This document shows positions 27,351 through 41,568 of a stretch of 64,000 bases of DNA, piece by piece. A program made the position numbers and the translations under genes. Each line of letters opens with the position of its first letter. Within the stretch, counting starts at the first letter, position 1. Origin of the DNA: the human T2T-CHM13v2.0 reference genome, Homo sapiens. The notes under the pieces are model-generated. The model was not told the DNA's origin and did not search any database. It saw only the letters and a list, made by a program, of their open reading frames with translations. The stretch lies in NCBI RefSeq assembly GCF_009914755.1, contig NC_060927.1, one strand, 5' to 3'.

Positions 27351-28532
27351 GAATTGGGCCCTTGATAAGATCATCCTAACACAGAGGCAGATGTAGATTT
27401 GAACCCTATTTGCAACAGTCACTAATCATGTGATCTTCGGTGATTTATTTTACACTTTGTGGCTTAATGTCTTTATCTGTAAAATGGGGCTAGGAAAATT
27501 TATCTCACTGGGTAGTCAGGATTACATAAGAGTAATAACATCTCATTCCCACTATACCATCCTGAGAGGGTAAATAATTCTGCCTATGACGCAGGTATAG
27601 AAATAAAAAAGACTATGAAAAGATTAAAAAGAGCTCAAATGAAGGGAAGATAATTCTAGGCAGAAGAAAGAGCATGTTCAAAGGCTGTGTGAGTGAAGAG
27701 GTGGGAGAGTGTGCTGAAAGGTGGGCAGAAGCCTCTCTGCCCTGGGGGAGGGGATGGTGCCAGGGAGCTCTAATTGTATTTTGCTGGCACTGGGGAGCCA
27801 TGGAAATTTCTGTAGGAAGGGAGAGATTTATTTTATTCCACAAACATTTATTTGGCACCTATGATGTGCAAGGTATTCTTTAAGATGCTTGGGAGACAGT
27901 AGTGATTAATCAATGTCCAGTGGGAGAGTCAGGGGGGTCAGGAAGATCTTGGCACAGAATGAGGTCAGAGTGAGAGAGGTCAAGATTGGCTGGCCAGGGG
28001 TATTAGCCCTGAGATACACTGCTGCTCTATGGGATTTTGCCCCTCATTCACAAGCAGAGGGCCTACCCTTAGGCCCCAAGTGTGTCAAGCCCCCTCTGCT
28101 TACAAAACTTTATTTTTCACAACCAAAGGTGGTTCATAATGGTGGGCTGAGGAGGAAGCAACTGAAGTAGGGGAAGCTCAGAAGTCTCTGAGGGTCCTTC
28201 CCACCAGGAATCTCCCCACTTGAACCTAAGGCTGGGACACTTTGGCATGTGTGTTTTAAAGGATCCGTGGGTTTGTGGGGAGGGCTGCACCAGTGACCAG
28301 TTAAGCCCAGTGGGTGATGCCTTTCCTTTGTTACTTTTCATGCAGACATCTGGAAAGAATTTGTCAAGAATTATAATAAAGAATACCACGGAATGAAAGC
28401 AAATGTGGTGAGAAGCAGAGTTGCCTTAAGACTGAGAAGCCAGCAGGAATGGCTGCTGCTAAGAACCTCATTCTTATAGGAAGGATTCAGTTCTTTCCCT
28501 GAGCAACAGAAGTGCATAGGTGCACGGCATAG

Positions 28533-29022
28533 TGTGTCAGTTAGCATTTGCTGAGTAACAAACCTTCCTCAAATTTAATGGCTTAACACAACAGCCATTT
28601 ATTATTGTGTATAAGTCTCTGGGTTAGCTGGATAGTTCTGCTGATCTGGGTGGGGCGTGGCTGATTTTGGCTGGGCTCACTCATGTGTTAGGGTTCAGCT
28701 TGCAGGCTGGCTGGAGGCTGGCTCAGTCAGATGTTTTAGAGTTGGCTGAGGTGACAGTGTGGCTGGGCCAATGCCTATCATCATCCAGCAGGCTGGCCTG
28801 GGCTTGTTTACATGGTTAGGAGGTTCTACAAGTGAGAGTGGAAGTAGGCAAGGCCTTTTGAGGCATGGGCTTCAGAAGTGGCATGATGTCATTTCTTACA
28901 CATTCTCTTGGCCAAAGTAAGTTCAAGGGATGGGAAAATAGCCTCTTCCTGATGATGGGAGGAGCTACTGTATCATCTTTTCATGACACATATGTAGGGA
29001 CAGGTAGAACATTGTGGTCATA
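28533..29022 (-). mobile_element. MaLR LTR (MLT1H-like)
   Basis: tgtgtcagttagc...gtaacaaacc...catcatccagcaggctggcctgggcttgtttacatgg...cattctcttggccaaag. Confidence 0.8.
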
Positions 29023-31150
29023 TGCAGTGGACTGAGCCCATGGGCTTTGGAGTCACATGGGGCTCTCAAGCCATGATTCTTTACTTAACCTTCATCTATA
29101 AAATGAAAACACTGATAGAATCTATCTCACAAGATCATTTTGAGGTAAATGCACATGTACCTAATGCATAGTAAATTCTCAGTAGAAAATAACATTTTAT
29201 GTATTTTGCATGTTTCTCATAAACTGATTGTGCATTCTAATTATTTAGTTTGGAAAATGTAGTCTCTGTAGGTTTACCCTTCCCTGAGGCAGTAGGGGAG
29301 ATCATCACCTCTGTAATGGTATAATATGAACTCAGGAGTTGAGATTCGTAAAGCAGTAAGGAATGCATAGTCAGCTATACTGGAAATTTGAGAAAGGGAA
29401 ATGGACTATGTGGGAAAGCGGGACTCTTATCCTTGCAGAAGTCACTATGAAATGAGGCTTTCAGTAAACAGAAGATGGGCATTTCATCCTTTCTCATTAC
29501 TGAGCCTTCCTCAAGACCTCCTTAACATCCTAACATTATAAATACAATAATTTTAGAAATTACTTAGTCAATAAAAAATAAGCACTTATTGTATACGAGA
29601 CTCTGTTCTAGGAGCCAGAGATACAGAGGAATAAGGAATTAAGGTATTTCTCCCATATTCAAGGACTTCAGTTTCATTACCTGTCCAGAAAACTATGAGA
29701 ACCACCCATCACCTCTGGTTATAGATTCTTAAGTGGGATGTCAAGCCCCTTCCCTAATGATCTCAGTTTAACCTGCTGTCCTATTCCTCTGTGGCCTATT
29801 CCTGTGCTACACTCGAGCCAAGGTGGCCTCTTCCCTAGCCCCACACATACTCTTTGTTTTTCCATTCTTCCAAGCAGGCCCGGAGAAGGAATGGGCTCCA
29901 CGATGCAGGGCCCGCGGTAGAGAACAGCCAGGCAGAGCAGGGGGCCTGGCTGGATGTGGCCAGCATCTGCAGGGGTTCAGCATTGAGATATGACACTGTC
30001 ACCTCCATCTCAAGAAGCCCTTACGGATGCCTCCCTTCCCTTCATGACTCACTGTGATCTACAACTCCTCAGAGCCAGCCTTAAAGTGGTCTGTGGATCA
30101 GTCTCATCTCCCCACTGGAGCTCCATGGGCAGAAAGCACTCTTTCTCTTCTGCCTACAACATCCTCCTCCCATCGGTATGCACCCCTTCCTAGGAGCCCC
30201 ACAGGCAATGACAGGAACCCCCAACCCCATGTGTGCACATATACACATTCCCACATGTGTGGGGAATGAGAGGCTACATAGCCTGCTCCATCCTCTTCTT
30301 TTAACCTGCAATTACTGGGTGAAAAGAGTAGGATATAGTAAAATGCAAATGCTAGTTTAGTAAATGGCATAAAGACATTGAAGTGTCCCTGGACATCAGT
30401 CACGTGGCTGTGGAAGGGAGACTTAGGGTGTGGCTTTCCCCATGGACCATGGTGGGTCTTTGGGATCCCTCTCTTCCCCACCCCAGTCCTTTAAAGACCC
30501 ACCAGCGACTTTGTGAGATTCTAGACTCCTTTCCCTCGTACCTCCTAGCCTTATTGGATGGAAAAGAGGGAACAGTGGTTCCTTTCTTTCTGCCACGCCT
30601 CCACCTTCCATTGGAGACTCCTATTTCTCCCTCCGTGACATCTTTGCTGAACAGAACAGCTCTTAAACCAGACCTTATCTGTTCCATGGGTGCAGAAGGG
30701 TGCAATGTGAACAGAAACAGCAAGTCTCTGGAAAAGAGCTCCTTCAGCTGCAAAGAACACAGAGGTCAGGAGGAATAAAGCTAATGAGAGAGCAGAGAGT
30801 CCTTTGTCTCCCCAGGTGTTATTCCCAGAGGGCAACTAGGGAAAATGGAGATGGGGTATAAACATCTGAATTCACTGTTAAACACTCCATGAACTGTTGA
30901 TAATTCCCTAGAAGCAGCATATTCCTGAGGTAGCTTCATATGATCTCCAGAAGCAACTTACATGTAGACATTTTTCTGAGAATTCCAGAAAGAATATTGA
31001 TAATTTTCAGACACCATGGCTTCCACGCCTCATCAACATAAGCAGTATTAGGCTTTATCTCTGACATCAATCAAACTTGAACACCATCAGCATGGGCTTT
31101 AATGAAATTCTCACATATGTATCAGAACTTGTATTTTTTCCTTTAGTCAG

Positions 31151-31575
31151 TGTCTTGATCCATTTGTGTTGCTGTAAAGGAGTACCTGAGGCTGGGTAAT
31201 TTATAAAGAAAAGATGTGTATTCGGCTCATGGTTCTGCAGGGTGTACAAGAAGCATGATGCCAGGCATCCGCTTTGGGTGAGGGCGTCAGGCTGATTCTA
31301 CTCATGGTGGAAGGAGAAGGGGAGCCATCGTGTGGAGATCACATGGTGAGAGAGGAAGCAAGCGGGGAGTGGAGGTGCCAGGCTCTTTTTAACAACCAGC
31401 TGTTGTAGGAGCACAGTGAGAACTGACTCACTACCTAGAGAATGGCACCAAGCCATTCACAATGGATCCGTCCCCATGACCCAAGCACCTCCCATCAGAC
31501 CCACCTCCAACACTGGAGATCAGATTTCAGAGTGAGACTTGGTGGGGCCAAACAAATCATATTCAAACCATAGCA
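31151..31575 (-). mobile_element. MSTB-like MaLR solo LTR
   Basis: tgtcttgatccatttgtgttgctgtaaaggagtacctgaggctgggtaatttataaagaaaag...cccacctccaacactgg...caaaccatagca. Confidence 0.9.
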
Positions 31576-32084
31576 ATTAGAATCTTAAAATCAAAATTGA
31601 TGCTTTATTTTTCTAAAAATGGGAAAATATCTCCAAAACATTGTTCAAAAACAAAACAAAACAAAAAAAAAATGTTTGTTCTTATATCCCATCAGTTTAT
31701 TCAACTAACATTCACTGTGGACTTTTTATAAGGCAGTAACTGTTTTATGAATAGGAGATATAAAACTGGGTGAAACAGTGAGGTTCCTGGCCACTGTATT
31801 GTAATAATAGAGGCACATATACCAAAGAGCTAAAATACAGGCAGCAAACTCTAGGGACTGAAGTAAATTTCCTTAATTTAATGAAATGTATCAAGCAGAA
31901 ACCCACAATAAGCATCATACTTAAAGGATTCATTTGAATTTTTTTATTTATTTTTATTAAATCAGATATACTTTTCTAGTTTTTTTAATTTTTATTTTTT
32001 GCATTTCTTGATCATTTCAAAGTGAGGTCAGTTACAGAGTGAATGGGTTCATCCTGTCATTGTAAATAACAGTTTTTTGTTTAA

Positions 32085-32305
32085 TAATGGCATTTTGTAT
32101 TACCAAGACCTTGCTTCACATTAGGTGTTTCGTATACATTATCTCATTTAATCAAAACCAGCAGTCTATATCATGGGTGCCACCATTCCTCTGATTTTTG
32201 CTAAGGAGGAAACTGAGGTTCAAAAAGGGTAAATAAGTTGTCCAAGACCACACAGCCATTGTTTGGCAGAGCTGGGGCAAAGGTCTATACTGCTGCAAAG
32301 CTTGT
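32085..32305 (-). mobile_element. MIR SINE
   Basis: attatctcatttaatc...gaggaaactgaggttca...gtccaagaccacacagc...ggcagagctggg. Confidence 0.8.
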
Positions 32306-32563
32306 GATTTTTGGCTACTACCCTCTAATGTTCTGTGAGGGTGGAACACCTAACCTAGAATTTCCCTGTGGATCACTCACCCCCAATGATGGCATGTCTT
32401 GCTCTGGACCCATGATATAATGATCTGGATACAGCCAAAGTCACTAAGCACGCTACACCCTAGCCTTTCAATTCCTTTATTACTTCATGGAGAATCATGT
32501 ATTTCAGCCACTCAAGTATCTTTAAGGTCTAGGCCTTATCGAATGGGGTTTAGTCACTCAGTA

Positions 32564-32892
32564 CAGTCTGCCCTTTGTACTCATGAGTTCAGCATTCATG
32601 GATTTGAAGAACTGTGGGGTGAAAATATTCCAAAAATTGGATGGTTGCATCTGTACTGAACATATACAGACTTTTTTCAATATTTCCTAAACAATAAAGT
32701 ATAGCAATGATTTACATATTATTTACATTGTATTGGGTATTATAAGTAATCTAGAGATTAAAGTATATAGGAGGATGTGTGTATGTTATATGCAAATTCT
32801 ACACCATTTTACATCAAGGACTTGTGTGTTCTTGGGGTTTGGTGTCAGGGTGGTCCTGGAACCAGTTCCTCATGGACATTGAGGAATGACTG
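32564..32892 (-). mobile_element. MER2 (TcMar-Tigger MITE)
   Basis: ta|cagtctgccct...gtattataagtaatctagaga...gtcctggaaccagttcc...gaggaatgactg. Confidence 0.88.
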
Positions 32893-34294
32893 TGCTTCCC
32901 CTACCCAATAGAAGTGGTTCTCCCGTCAGGTTATAATAGGGAAGGGATGTGTGATCTTTCCTGAGAACTGAGGCATGCTATTAAGCTTTAAATGGAGCAT
33001 CTCTAAGTTTCCTTACCAAAAAGTAATCAGACAAAGGGCCATGTGGCAAGAGCTCTTGCTTCACCAAACACGTAGTGATGGACCCCCCTATACCCAGTGT
33101 GCCAGACATCATCATGAGATGTAACTCCTTTCACATATCTCTTCCCTTGCCAGAGGAAGGAACTGAGGCTCAGAAAGGTTCAATTCCTCACCCAAAGGTT
33201 TCCAACCCAAGGTTTCTGACCTGGAGCCCTGCTCTTTCCTCCACACCCTGCTGCCATTATTTTGTCTTGTTGGGCTGGGGAAGGGCAAAGAGGGTGCCCA
33301 CTGCTGGATGAAAGAAGCAGCTACATTCCCATTCAAGGTGTGCTGAGCCCAGTCCTAACTGCTCAAGTCTTTCTTAGGTCTTATGATGGAACTGAAAAGC
33401 AGGCTACCTATTTTATCCAGGAAGCAGACAGAGGATACGGATGGGCAAGCACTTCTATCAGATGCTGGTTCTGTTGTAAGACATCATCAAGGTTCCTCCA
33501 ACCCCTGCTCCTCATCACACTGCACAGCCCTTTGGCAGAGACAGGGAGAAGCTTGTTGTTTGAGACATCTGGAGTTAGAAAGTATCTGAGCTTTAAATGG
33601 AGAAGGAGTGGGGAGAAACTGACAGTGAAGTGTAGACATGAGGCTTAGAGAGATGCTAACTAAGTAGTCATGAGTCGAATCTCCCATTTAGTCAGACACA
33701 TTTTTCTAGTTTTTCTAGTTTTCTACCCTTCAAAATACTTTGTGTTAAACTCAATTACAGAGATAGATCCTTCCATTCATCAAGTGAATTTTAGAAGCCA
33801 CACCTTTGGGTGGGTCTTAAAAGCAGTTCATGGGAATCTATAGGCTATTGTGTATAACTGGAGGGTAGCAGAAAACAAGTTCCTTGTGAGATCAGACACA
33901 TGAGCTAAACATTTAGGAAAACCTTACAGAAGCAAATCTTTAACGGAAGGGTTTCCACACTGACGGCCTTGTGTTGCTTTTGGGAATGGTGTAGAAATCA
34001 CGTGCTTAGTCTTGAATTATGATTCACCTTTACTGAATGTCCCTTCTCTTTTCTTTACTCACTGTCGAACAGGAACCCAAAGGATGTAGTTTTTGGCAGA
34101 TGTCCTTTGTAGGGTTCAGTATTTCTCACTCACCCCTTTAAGACCCTAAAGGGAGAGTTATTAATAGTTTCAGAAAGTTGAGGGAAATCATGCAGAGGTT
34201 CTCAGATGTTCAGAGAGGCTTCCTCTCCCCTTCCATGAAAGTTCTAAGGCTCATGGGTGAGGCCTAAGAAAGGCATGTCAGTTGTCTATCAAGT

Positions 34295-34835
34295 TCATTA
34301 GTTTATTCAGCTTATTTCTGAAGCTTTTGATGGGCCGGCTATTCAGAGGTCAATGAAATAGACATGAGTACTCTTCACAGACCTTACCGTCTAATAGGAA
34401 TGATAGCAAGTGAATGTATAATAAATAAATAATTAGGGGTTGATTGTTACGAGTGCTATGAGGGGAATAGCCAGGGTGACATGTTTGAGAAGGGGTCAGT
34501 ACTGCTAAGTGTTGGTCAGGGAAGCATTGCAGGCAGAGGGAACAGCAAATGCCCATGGTTTGGAGGCAGGAATGGTGTTCCAAGAGTAGTAGGGAGCCTC
34601 GGGACTAGAGTTTGGAGGATGAGCGGGGAGAGTGGGAGGAGATAGCGGGAAAGTCTGTGGAGCCAGTTCCCTGAGGGGCCTGGTGGGCCATGCTCAGTGG
34701 GGGTTTCATTTGACGAGCCATGGGAAGGCTTCCAGCAATGGGGGATGTGGTTTTACTTGTACCTTAAGAAGATCACACTGGGTCTTGTTTGGAGAATGGA
34801 CAGGAAAGGAGCAGGAGAGCAAGCAGAGAGTCTGA
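34295..34835 (-). mobile_element. L2 LINE 3' fragment
   Basis: agcattgcaggcagagggaacagcaaatgccc...ccttaagaagatcacactgg...tggagaatggac. Confidence 0.75.
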
Positions 34836-35684
34836 GGTGCAAGAAATGCCCTGTCCTCCCAGCAGACTGGAGCGAATTCTAATTCTGCCTCTGCTACTTC
34901 ATTCCTATGCAACTTTGGGCAGGTTTCCTAATCTCTCTGCCTCTCAACTGTTCACCCCTCATAAAATGAGGACAAGTATTTTCTCATGTGGTTTCTAGGA
35001 CAAATAAGTATTCGTAAAGTCCTCTATAAACTTGGGCCATATGCTTATCTGAGCTATAATATGATTCATATTGAAAGGAGGGGGACTCCTGCAATGTTGG
35101 GAAAACGACTCAGCTGCCCCTATATAAGGAATATGTTATTACAGTCCGAGACTAAAAAGATGCTTTTGTTTCTTTACTGCCATCAGTGTCTCTCTAAGGG
35201 AGGGCGGCTGGTTAAAAATCACATGGTGTGGGCATTTATAGGGGTAATAACTTGAAATGATTAAACCCTTTTTTTTTAAAGCTTCATGTCTCTGTTCTCC
35301 ATCTGTAGGTGGTGCATGAGTATGATATAGTGTGCATGTGTGACATGCTGCGAGTGTGAGGAATGCCAGAGGGAGACCCACGAAACTGCCCTGCAGGCAG
35401 AAGGCCACATGCTCTCAGCACCAGTCAGTGGTGCTCGCTAGTCCGGCAGATTGCTGTATTCTTGCACCCTGTACCACAACATTGTTAGGATAAAGTTTCA
35501 TAAGTCTTATATGGCTTTGAACAAAGCAAGTCTATTTTTCATCATAGTATGGGTTATTTAGAATTCATATGTTATGAGGAAATACACTGTTTCAAATGCA
35601 GTTTTCTTTGTGGTGTCTCAGCAGATACTGAGTTTTGCTGCCCTGTCATCCAAGAGGGCCTCAAGGTGCCCAGAGAGACCAACT

Positions 35685-35871
35685 GAAAAATGTTCACTGG
35701 AACGGAGCTGCAATGGTGGAAACGTTCTGTGTGTGCCCTGTTCAGTACAGCAGCCACTGCGCGGCTGCTGAGCCCTTGAAATGTGGCTATCAGGGTAGAA
35801 GAACTGATTTTTAATATATTGAATTATGAGTCATTTAAATTTAAAGAGCACAGCTGTATTGGACAGCACAG
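35685..35871. mobile_element. MER3 hAT-Charlie element
   Basis: gcaatggtggaaacgttctgt...cttgaaatgtggcta...gtattggacagcacag. Confidence 0.8.
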
Positions 35872-36354
35872 CTGTAGAAGGATGTTTTCTCTCATGGAAA
35901 ACCCCAACTCTGAGCCCCAGGGGTCCTATGGATCCATGAGCTCACAGACTCCCCTAACGTCCATGAAGATCATCACCAGGATTTGAGGGAATGCTGTGGT
36001 GCATACTTTGTGTTGGACAGTTATGGGGGATTGCTTTTGCCGTCTCAGCATTTCACCGCTGTCCTCGGTATGAGATTATGGTGATGTTGAATGGGGGTCA
36101 TTAGAAGGCTGTCCACAGAGGGGATCAGCCCCCCTCAATGACCACTACTCCGAGCATGGGCTTTCTTCTGTTTGATCTCGTTGGGCCCTCAGCTGTGACT
36201 GTGGAGAACAGCAAGTCCTCAGTGAGAGTATTTGTCACTTCCTACTCTTGGTGTTTAATATCATCCCTCTGGCACAGATGCTTGAAAATCAATGGTTTCT
36301 TGACACATCTTGGCTTGTGTGAGGGGCCATAACAATAGCAGGGCTCATGGCTCC

Positions 36355-36533
36355 TTTTTTTTTTTTTTTTTTTTTTAAAGAGATAGGGTTTTACTCTGTC
36401 ACCCAGGCAGGCAGGGGTGCAATAGAGTGATCATAGTTCACTGTAACCTCGAACTCCAGGTCTCAAGGGATCCTCCTGCCTCAGTCTCCTGAGTAACTGG
36501 ATCTATACACATGTGCCCCCGTACCTGGCTAAT
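36355..36533 (-). mobile_element. Alu right monomer (FRAM or truncated AluJ)
   Basis: T22 tail, gagatagggttttactctgtcacccaggc...cctggctaat; TSD-like tggctcctt/tggcttcctt. Confidence 0.85.
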
Positions 36534-36894
36534 GTGGCTTCCTTTATGTTCAGCAAGGAACTCTCAGTGTTTGTCCATTTCCTTAGGAACATGAGTGTTT
36601 TTGGAAGGCCTTTGATGAGTGGCAGTTGGGTGGATGGATGAGCTAATACATCCATCATCCTATCTCAGGAGGATGCTTGGATTTGTGTTTAGAAATTGGG
36701 TAACTCAGTTGTTCATGGAGGAAAAAGTTGAACATTACTCAAGTGCAGATAGGGAAACAGTGTAAGAACAAAAAACTTTTTTTCTATCTACAAGTGAGGA
36801 AAAAAATATTGACAGTGTGCCCAAGCTTCATGGTAGGATGGGTGTTAATTGGGAATGGCATGTAATTCTCTTCTGGAATCCAGTGTCTGGGCAA

Positions 36895-36980
36895 GTCCTG
36901 CCTCTCAGATTAAGGCACCAGCATTCAGCATAAGAGGGTCCTGCCTCTCAGATTAAGGCACCAGCATTCAGCATAAGAGG
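36895..36980. repeat. Perfect 43-bp tandem duplication
   Basis: gtcctgcctctcagattaaggcaccagcattcagcataagagg x2 (36895-36937, 36938-36980). Confidence 0.97.
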
Positions 36981-38957
36981 GAGTAATTGACATTCTACAT
37001 GGCAAAAGACCCTTGAAAGATAACAGATGAATGTCTCATGGCCAGTAGCTTGGTTTTTTTGCATGGTGTAGATTTAGAATATAACTTTTACAGGGAAGAA
37101 AGGGGTTAAAATGTCTGGTGCCATCTGTCACAGTAATGAGTTGTGCAAAGCCCAATGAACCTTGTAGAAACAACATCGTGCCCAGAAATAGCCTAGACCT
37201 CAGAGTGACATCAGGGGGCAGGGACCTGATAGATGTGGTCCTGCAAAAGGACCGAAGGTTCTTCTTTAACAATTCAAATTGAATAGGAACCATTTTTAAT
37301 TTGGGGGTAACTCCGTCTTCACCATTAATGGCCATTCTTCAAAGCTACTTTCATTCCTGTGAGGGATGGCCAGACACGAGAAAGCCAAGCAGGGATTTTC
37401 AGTTACAGGTGAGCATCCGATCTGCAGCCAGGGCTTTTTCTACCGGGCACATCTTTGTGCGCAGCCTGGTTTGAGCTGATCTGCACATAAACAGGCACTC
37501 TGGGTGTGGATGGGGGCATCTGTGTACTCTTTATGGCTATATTTCCAGAATATGCTTTTAAAGACTGTGGTCACATTTACCTTGGTTAGGGAAGATAGTG
37601 ACTTATAAAAACCTCAAACATTTATGTTTCCCTTTCCAATATAAAAAGTGTTAATAATTTACCCACTTAAAAGGTTAAGATCAAAGAGATCATAAACACA
37701 CATGAATACTATTTCAGGAACATAAAATTCAGCTATTTCTACTAACAGAAAGTGAGTTTATGGGATACCAATGCAAACAAACATAGATTTAGTGGAAAAT
37801 GACTCAACCAAGTAAGATTTACAAAACAAACAAACAAAACTGTTTTCATCATCTTTGGTTGTAGTTTTATAAAGAATGCTGGTTCATGGACTCCAGACAC
37901 TTCACTGAAACTGTGTGAATCATTTTAAACAGGTTTGTCCTTGGGCCCCAGATAGTACATTGGCATTTGTGAATCATTTTAGATGAGTTTGTCCTCAGTA
38001 CAAATCGTGCTGTGTTTAAAGTTCTTGGAGACACTTCTCTCTTCCAATAAAAGGCTTTTACTAGATGTTTCAGTGACATAAAGTTGAAGACATAAATACT
38101 GTTTTATATTGTAAGCAGGACCAACTCTTTTATGGTGTGTTTTATACGTCTAGAGGATTTTTGTTGTTGTTGTTTCTTTGAGGTTTTCTCTGAAACTTCA
38201 GATTAAGGTAGTCCTTGAAGTGGAGGCTATTAAGACCTAGTGTTATCTGTCTCAGGGAGGTGGGGGACTAGGTGGACTGATGGACCCCAGAACTCCAGAT
38301 TCCTTGCACTGGAAGCTGGTGTTTTGTGTTTGGAAGAGCCTCTGCCCTCTGTGTCATGCTGCAGTAAAGTATGGGTCAACATCCCCAAAATGTGTGACTC
38401 GCCCAAATTAAGTGGTGTCATACTCTGATCCTTCTTCCACTGAACATCACATTCTTCATGAGAATCACACCATTGTCCTCTGTCTGCCCTGCCTGTGAGA
38501 CGGGCCATGCTCTATGCTTGCCCGCCTCTTCCATCAGGAACACTCACACAGTCATTCTCCTCACATACCCCACTCTCATCTGCTGCCCCTCACACCTGCC
38601 CTTCTATAGAATGTTCTACCCTTTAATAGGGAAGGGTTTCTTCTTCCTATGAATTTTTACCTCACTTTGTGTCTTTTTAGGTTTGTATTGGAACTATTTG
38701 CAAACAGGTCTTGGCTTATCTAAAGAAAAATTGTAAGCTCCCCATGACGCAAGACAGTATCTTATTTACCTTTGAAAACCTCATCACACTCTGCCCTGCT
38801 CAGAGTACAATCTAAATAAAAGTCTATTGAATGACTGAAGTAGAGTTTCTTTTTTAACACTTATATGCACATTCTTGTGACAGGCACAGTGAAAGATTTA
38901 TCAAGGAATGACATGGTCCCCACCCATGACACTGTTAAATCCATAATTTGTGATGCA

Positions 38958-39358
38958 TTGTTTTTAGTTATCTAGTGCTGCTGAACAAACCACTCCAAAC
39001 TTAATGATGTAAAACAACAGCAATTTTATCATGCTCACAGACATTGTGGGCAAGGAATTCGGGACAGGGCACATTGGGGATGGCTGGTCTCTGCTCCATG
39101 ATGCCTAGGACCTCAGCTGGGAGAGACTTGAACAGTTGGGGGCTGGTGAATCCATGTCTAAGCTTCTTCATTCACATGCCTGTCACCTTGGCAGCATGGC
39201 CTAGAAGCCTGGGCTTAGCTGGGCCTGAGACCCCCAGCATTCTCTTCAAGGTTGGGGAATTGGACCCTACATTTGATGGGAGAATTAGCCAGTTCATGTT
39301 GCAGAAGAGCATGTGGAGTCGGAGATACTTTACAAGCATCTATGGAAAATACAGTCTG
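38958..39358 (-). mobile_element. MaLR LTR (MLT1F-like) with internal deletion
   Basis: gctgctgaacaaaccactccaaacttaatg...ggcaaggaattcgggacagggcac...gaagagcatgtgg...ggaaaatacagtctg. Confidence 0.78.
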
Positions 39359-41568
39359 AAGTGAATGCCCAAATGAGTGGCACCAACACTGATTATTACT
39401 GGGTGACAGAGGCACATGGAGAAAATGTCATGAGGGAGGAAATGCTGGGATTTGCCTTGACCTCTGGCTGGGGGACGGGGAGGGATGAGAGGTCCAAGGC
39501 AAGATGGATAAGTAGGAATAAGCAGCCTTGTTTTGGGGAAAAAGAGGGACAGACCTAGAATGGCTGGCTGGGTGAAATGGCTTGTTGTGTCTCCTAAATT
39601 AGATTTTACATTTTTGAGGGCAGAGCTACTTAATATTGTATTTACCCCAGAGGAAGATTATTTTTTTCATTCTCTAAATTGTTTAATTAAAACTCATAGT
39701 TCATGTTAAATTTGTTCAAAGTTTCCATCTAATGGTGAGGTGGTAAAGGAAATAAAACTTACCAAAATAGAAGAGGGAGAAATGAAAAGGAAATATGATC
39801 AATGATTTCTGTTCTTTTTACTTCCTACTTGCAAAGACTCTGGAAATGTAATGATGGTTCAGAGTGTTCTGCTATAAATCCTAACAGCTTAAACAATCTC
39901 CTGGGATCATATTGGCAAACTCTAAGATGATACAAGTATAGACTTAGTTTGTCTGAGCCCGAGGTTCAGTGTTTGGAGAAAAATAATACCTATGTCGAGA
40001 TAATATCAGATAACCTATAAAAGCAGGTAGCCCAGTCATGCACATTGGTGATCAATCAATGTTAGCTGAATCCAAATATTACGAGTGCAGATGCTGAAAG
40101 GAACAAAAGGAAATCTCACTCAGTCATCCATCTGCCAGTATTTCCACCCTTTCCCGCAAAGAGGAGCTCAGTGTCTGTCTCTGTTATTGCATCAGGATCT
40201 CACATTATCCAGTAAACCCAAATGCTGTAGGTAAGAGATGTAATAGGTGGTATTTATTAAGTGGTTTTAATAAAGTTTTGTGGATAGGTATGACACCATT
40301 TCTTTTGAGCTTAAAGATGCTTAAAATAGCTAAGGTTAAAAATGAGGGAAGATCTGAAAAGAAAAACAGTAAAGAGATGTGAGATGTAAACACTGAAAGG
40401 AAGTAAGGGTAGAGCAAAAAAAAAGTAAAGCATCAGGTAAATATTTAATAAAATGTTTATACATGTATATTGACTGTAGGTGTAGGGTTAGTCTATTGAA
40501 TAAAGCTGCCTTTCTTAGGAATGGTGGTCTCAAAATGCACCAGTGCCTTCCTATTGGCTGAATGTCCACTTCTGTTCTATGCACTGTGCTAAAGGGTGGA
40601 CATGCTGAGATGAGTGTGAGTGGCCTCTGCACCAAAGAGTTCAGTCTAATTCTGGGGGTTGGGGATAAATATGTTAGCCAGTAAATGCCATTTATTGCTT
40701 TAGATGTCATCTCAGAAGGATAAGGAGCAGTGGGGACAGGAGGAGCAAGCCATCTCCTGGGGGAGTCAAGAAAGATGAGGACAGAGAGAGAATGTCCCTT
40801 GGATCCAATATGGTGGCCATTAGTGACCTTGTTAAAACCAGTAGGAATGGGGTGGCAAGAAGGAGAGTAGAACAGACTATAAGAAAGAATGAGTTTTGAT
40901 GAAAGTATTGGAATTTTGATGACCTTTTTTATTACAGGTTTGGGAGCAACTACTTTCTTCACTCTCTAAACTGCAAATCATTCAGGGTAATTGTGCTGGT
41001 TCAGTTAGCCCCCAAGCTGAGAAGACAGGCCCACTGTGGTTTGAGTAACTTGGAAATCTTGTGGGGTCAGTGTTTTGACTCTCTTCATTTTGGTCATGGT
41101 TCAGGATTTTCACACACCACTAAGGTCTAGGGGAAGCTTCTCAGCTTTCTGGATACCCTCTCAGGGCTCATGAAGTGGCAGGCCTGCCCTGGGAAGGTCA
41201 GGATTCTTCTGTAAAAGCAGAGAACACTGCATGGAGCCCAGAGAGCCCACTCTCTGCGCTCTTCCCTTCCTATGGGCTCACACGGGGAAACAGATGCTTT
41301 CCTATAACTCTGAGCACTGAAGCAGCTTTGCTCTGCCTTGGCCGAAACATCTATCCAGGACCAAATTCTTAAAACCCCAGGGGCCCTGGGGTGATTTTCA
41401 GCCCAGGCCCTGAACCTGTCATAAAATGTAATGGATGATATATTTTTAACTGCTGAGACCAGAGAGTTCACATAACCTATGAAGACTGAAACAACATAAT
41501 GTTTCTGCAGTTTTGAAGCATTTCAAAAACCAGAGGATGGTCTCTCTCATTAGGCATTACTAGTAAGA

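Noticed and set aside
37794-37806. NFAT:AP-1 composite element (GGAAAATGACTCA)
   Set aside because: Spacing is about 2 nt shorter than the canonical ARRE-2-type composite
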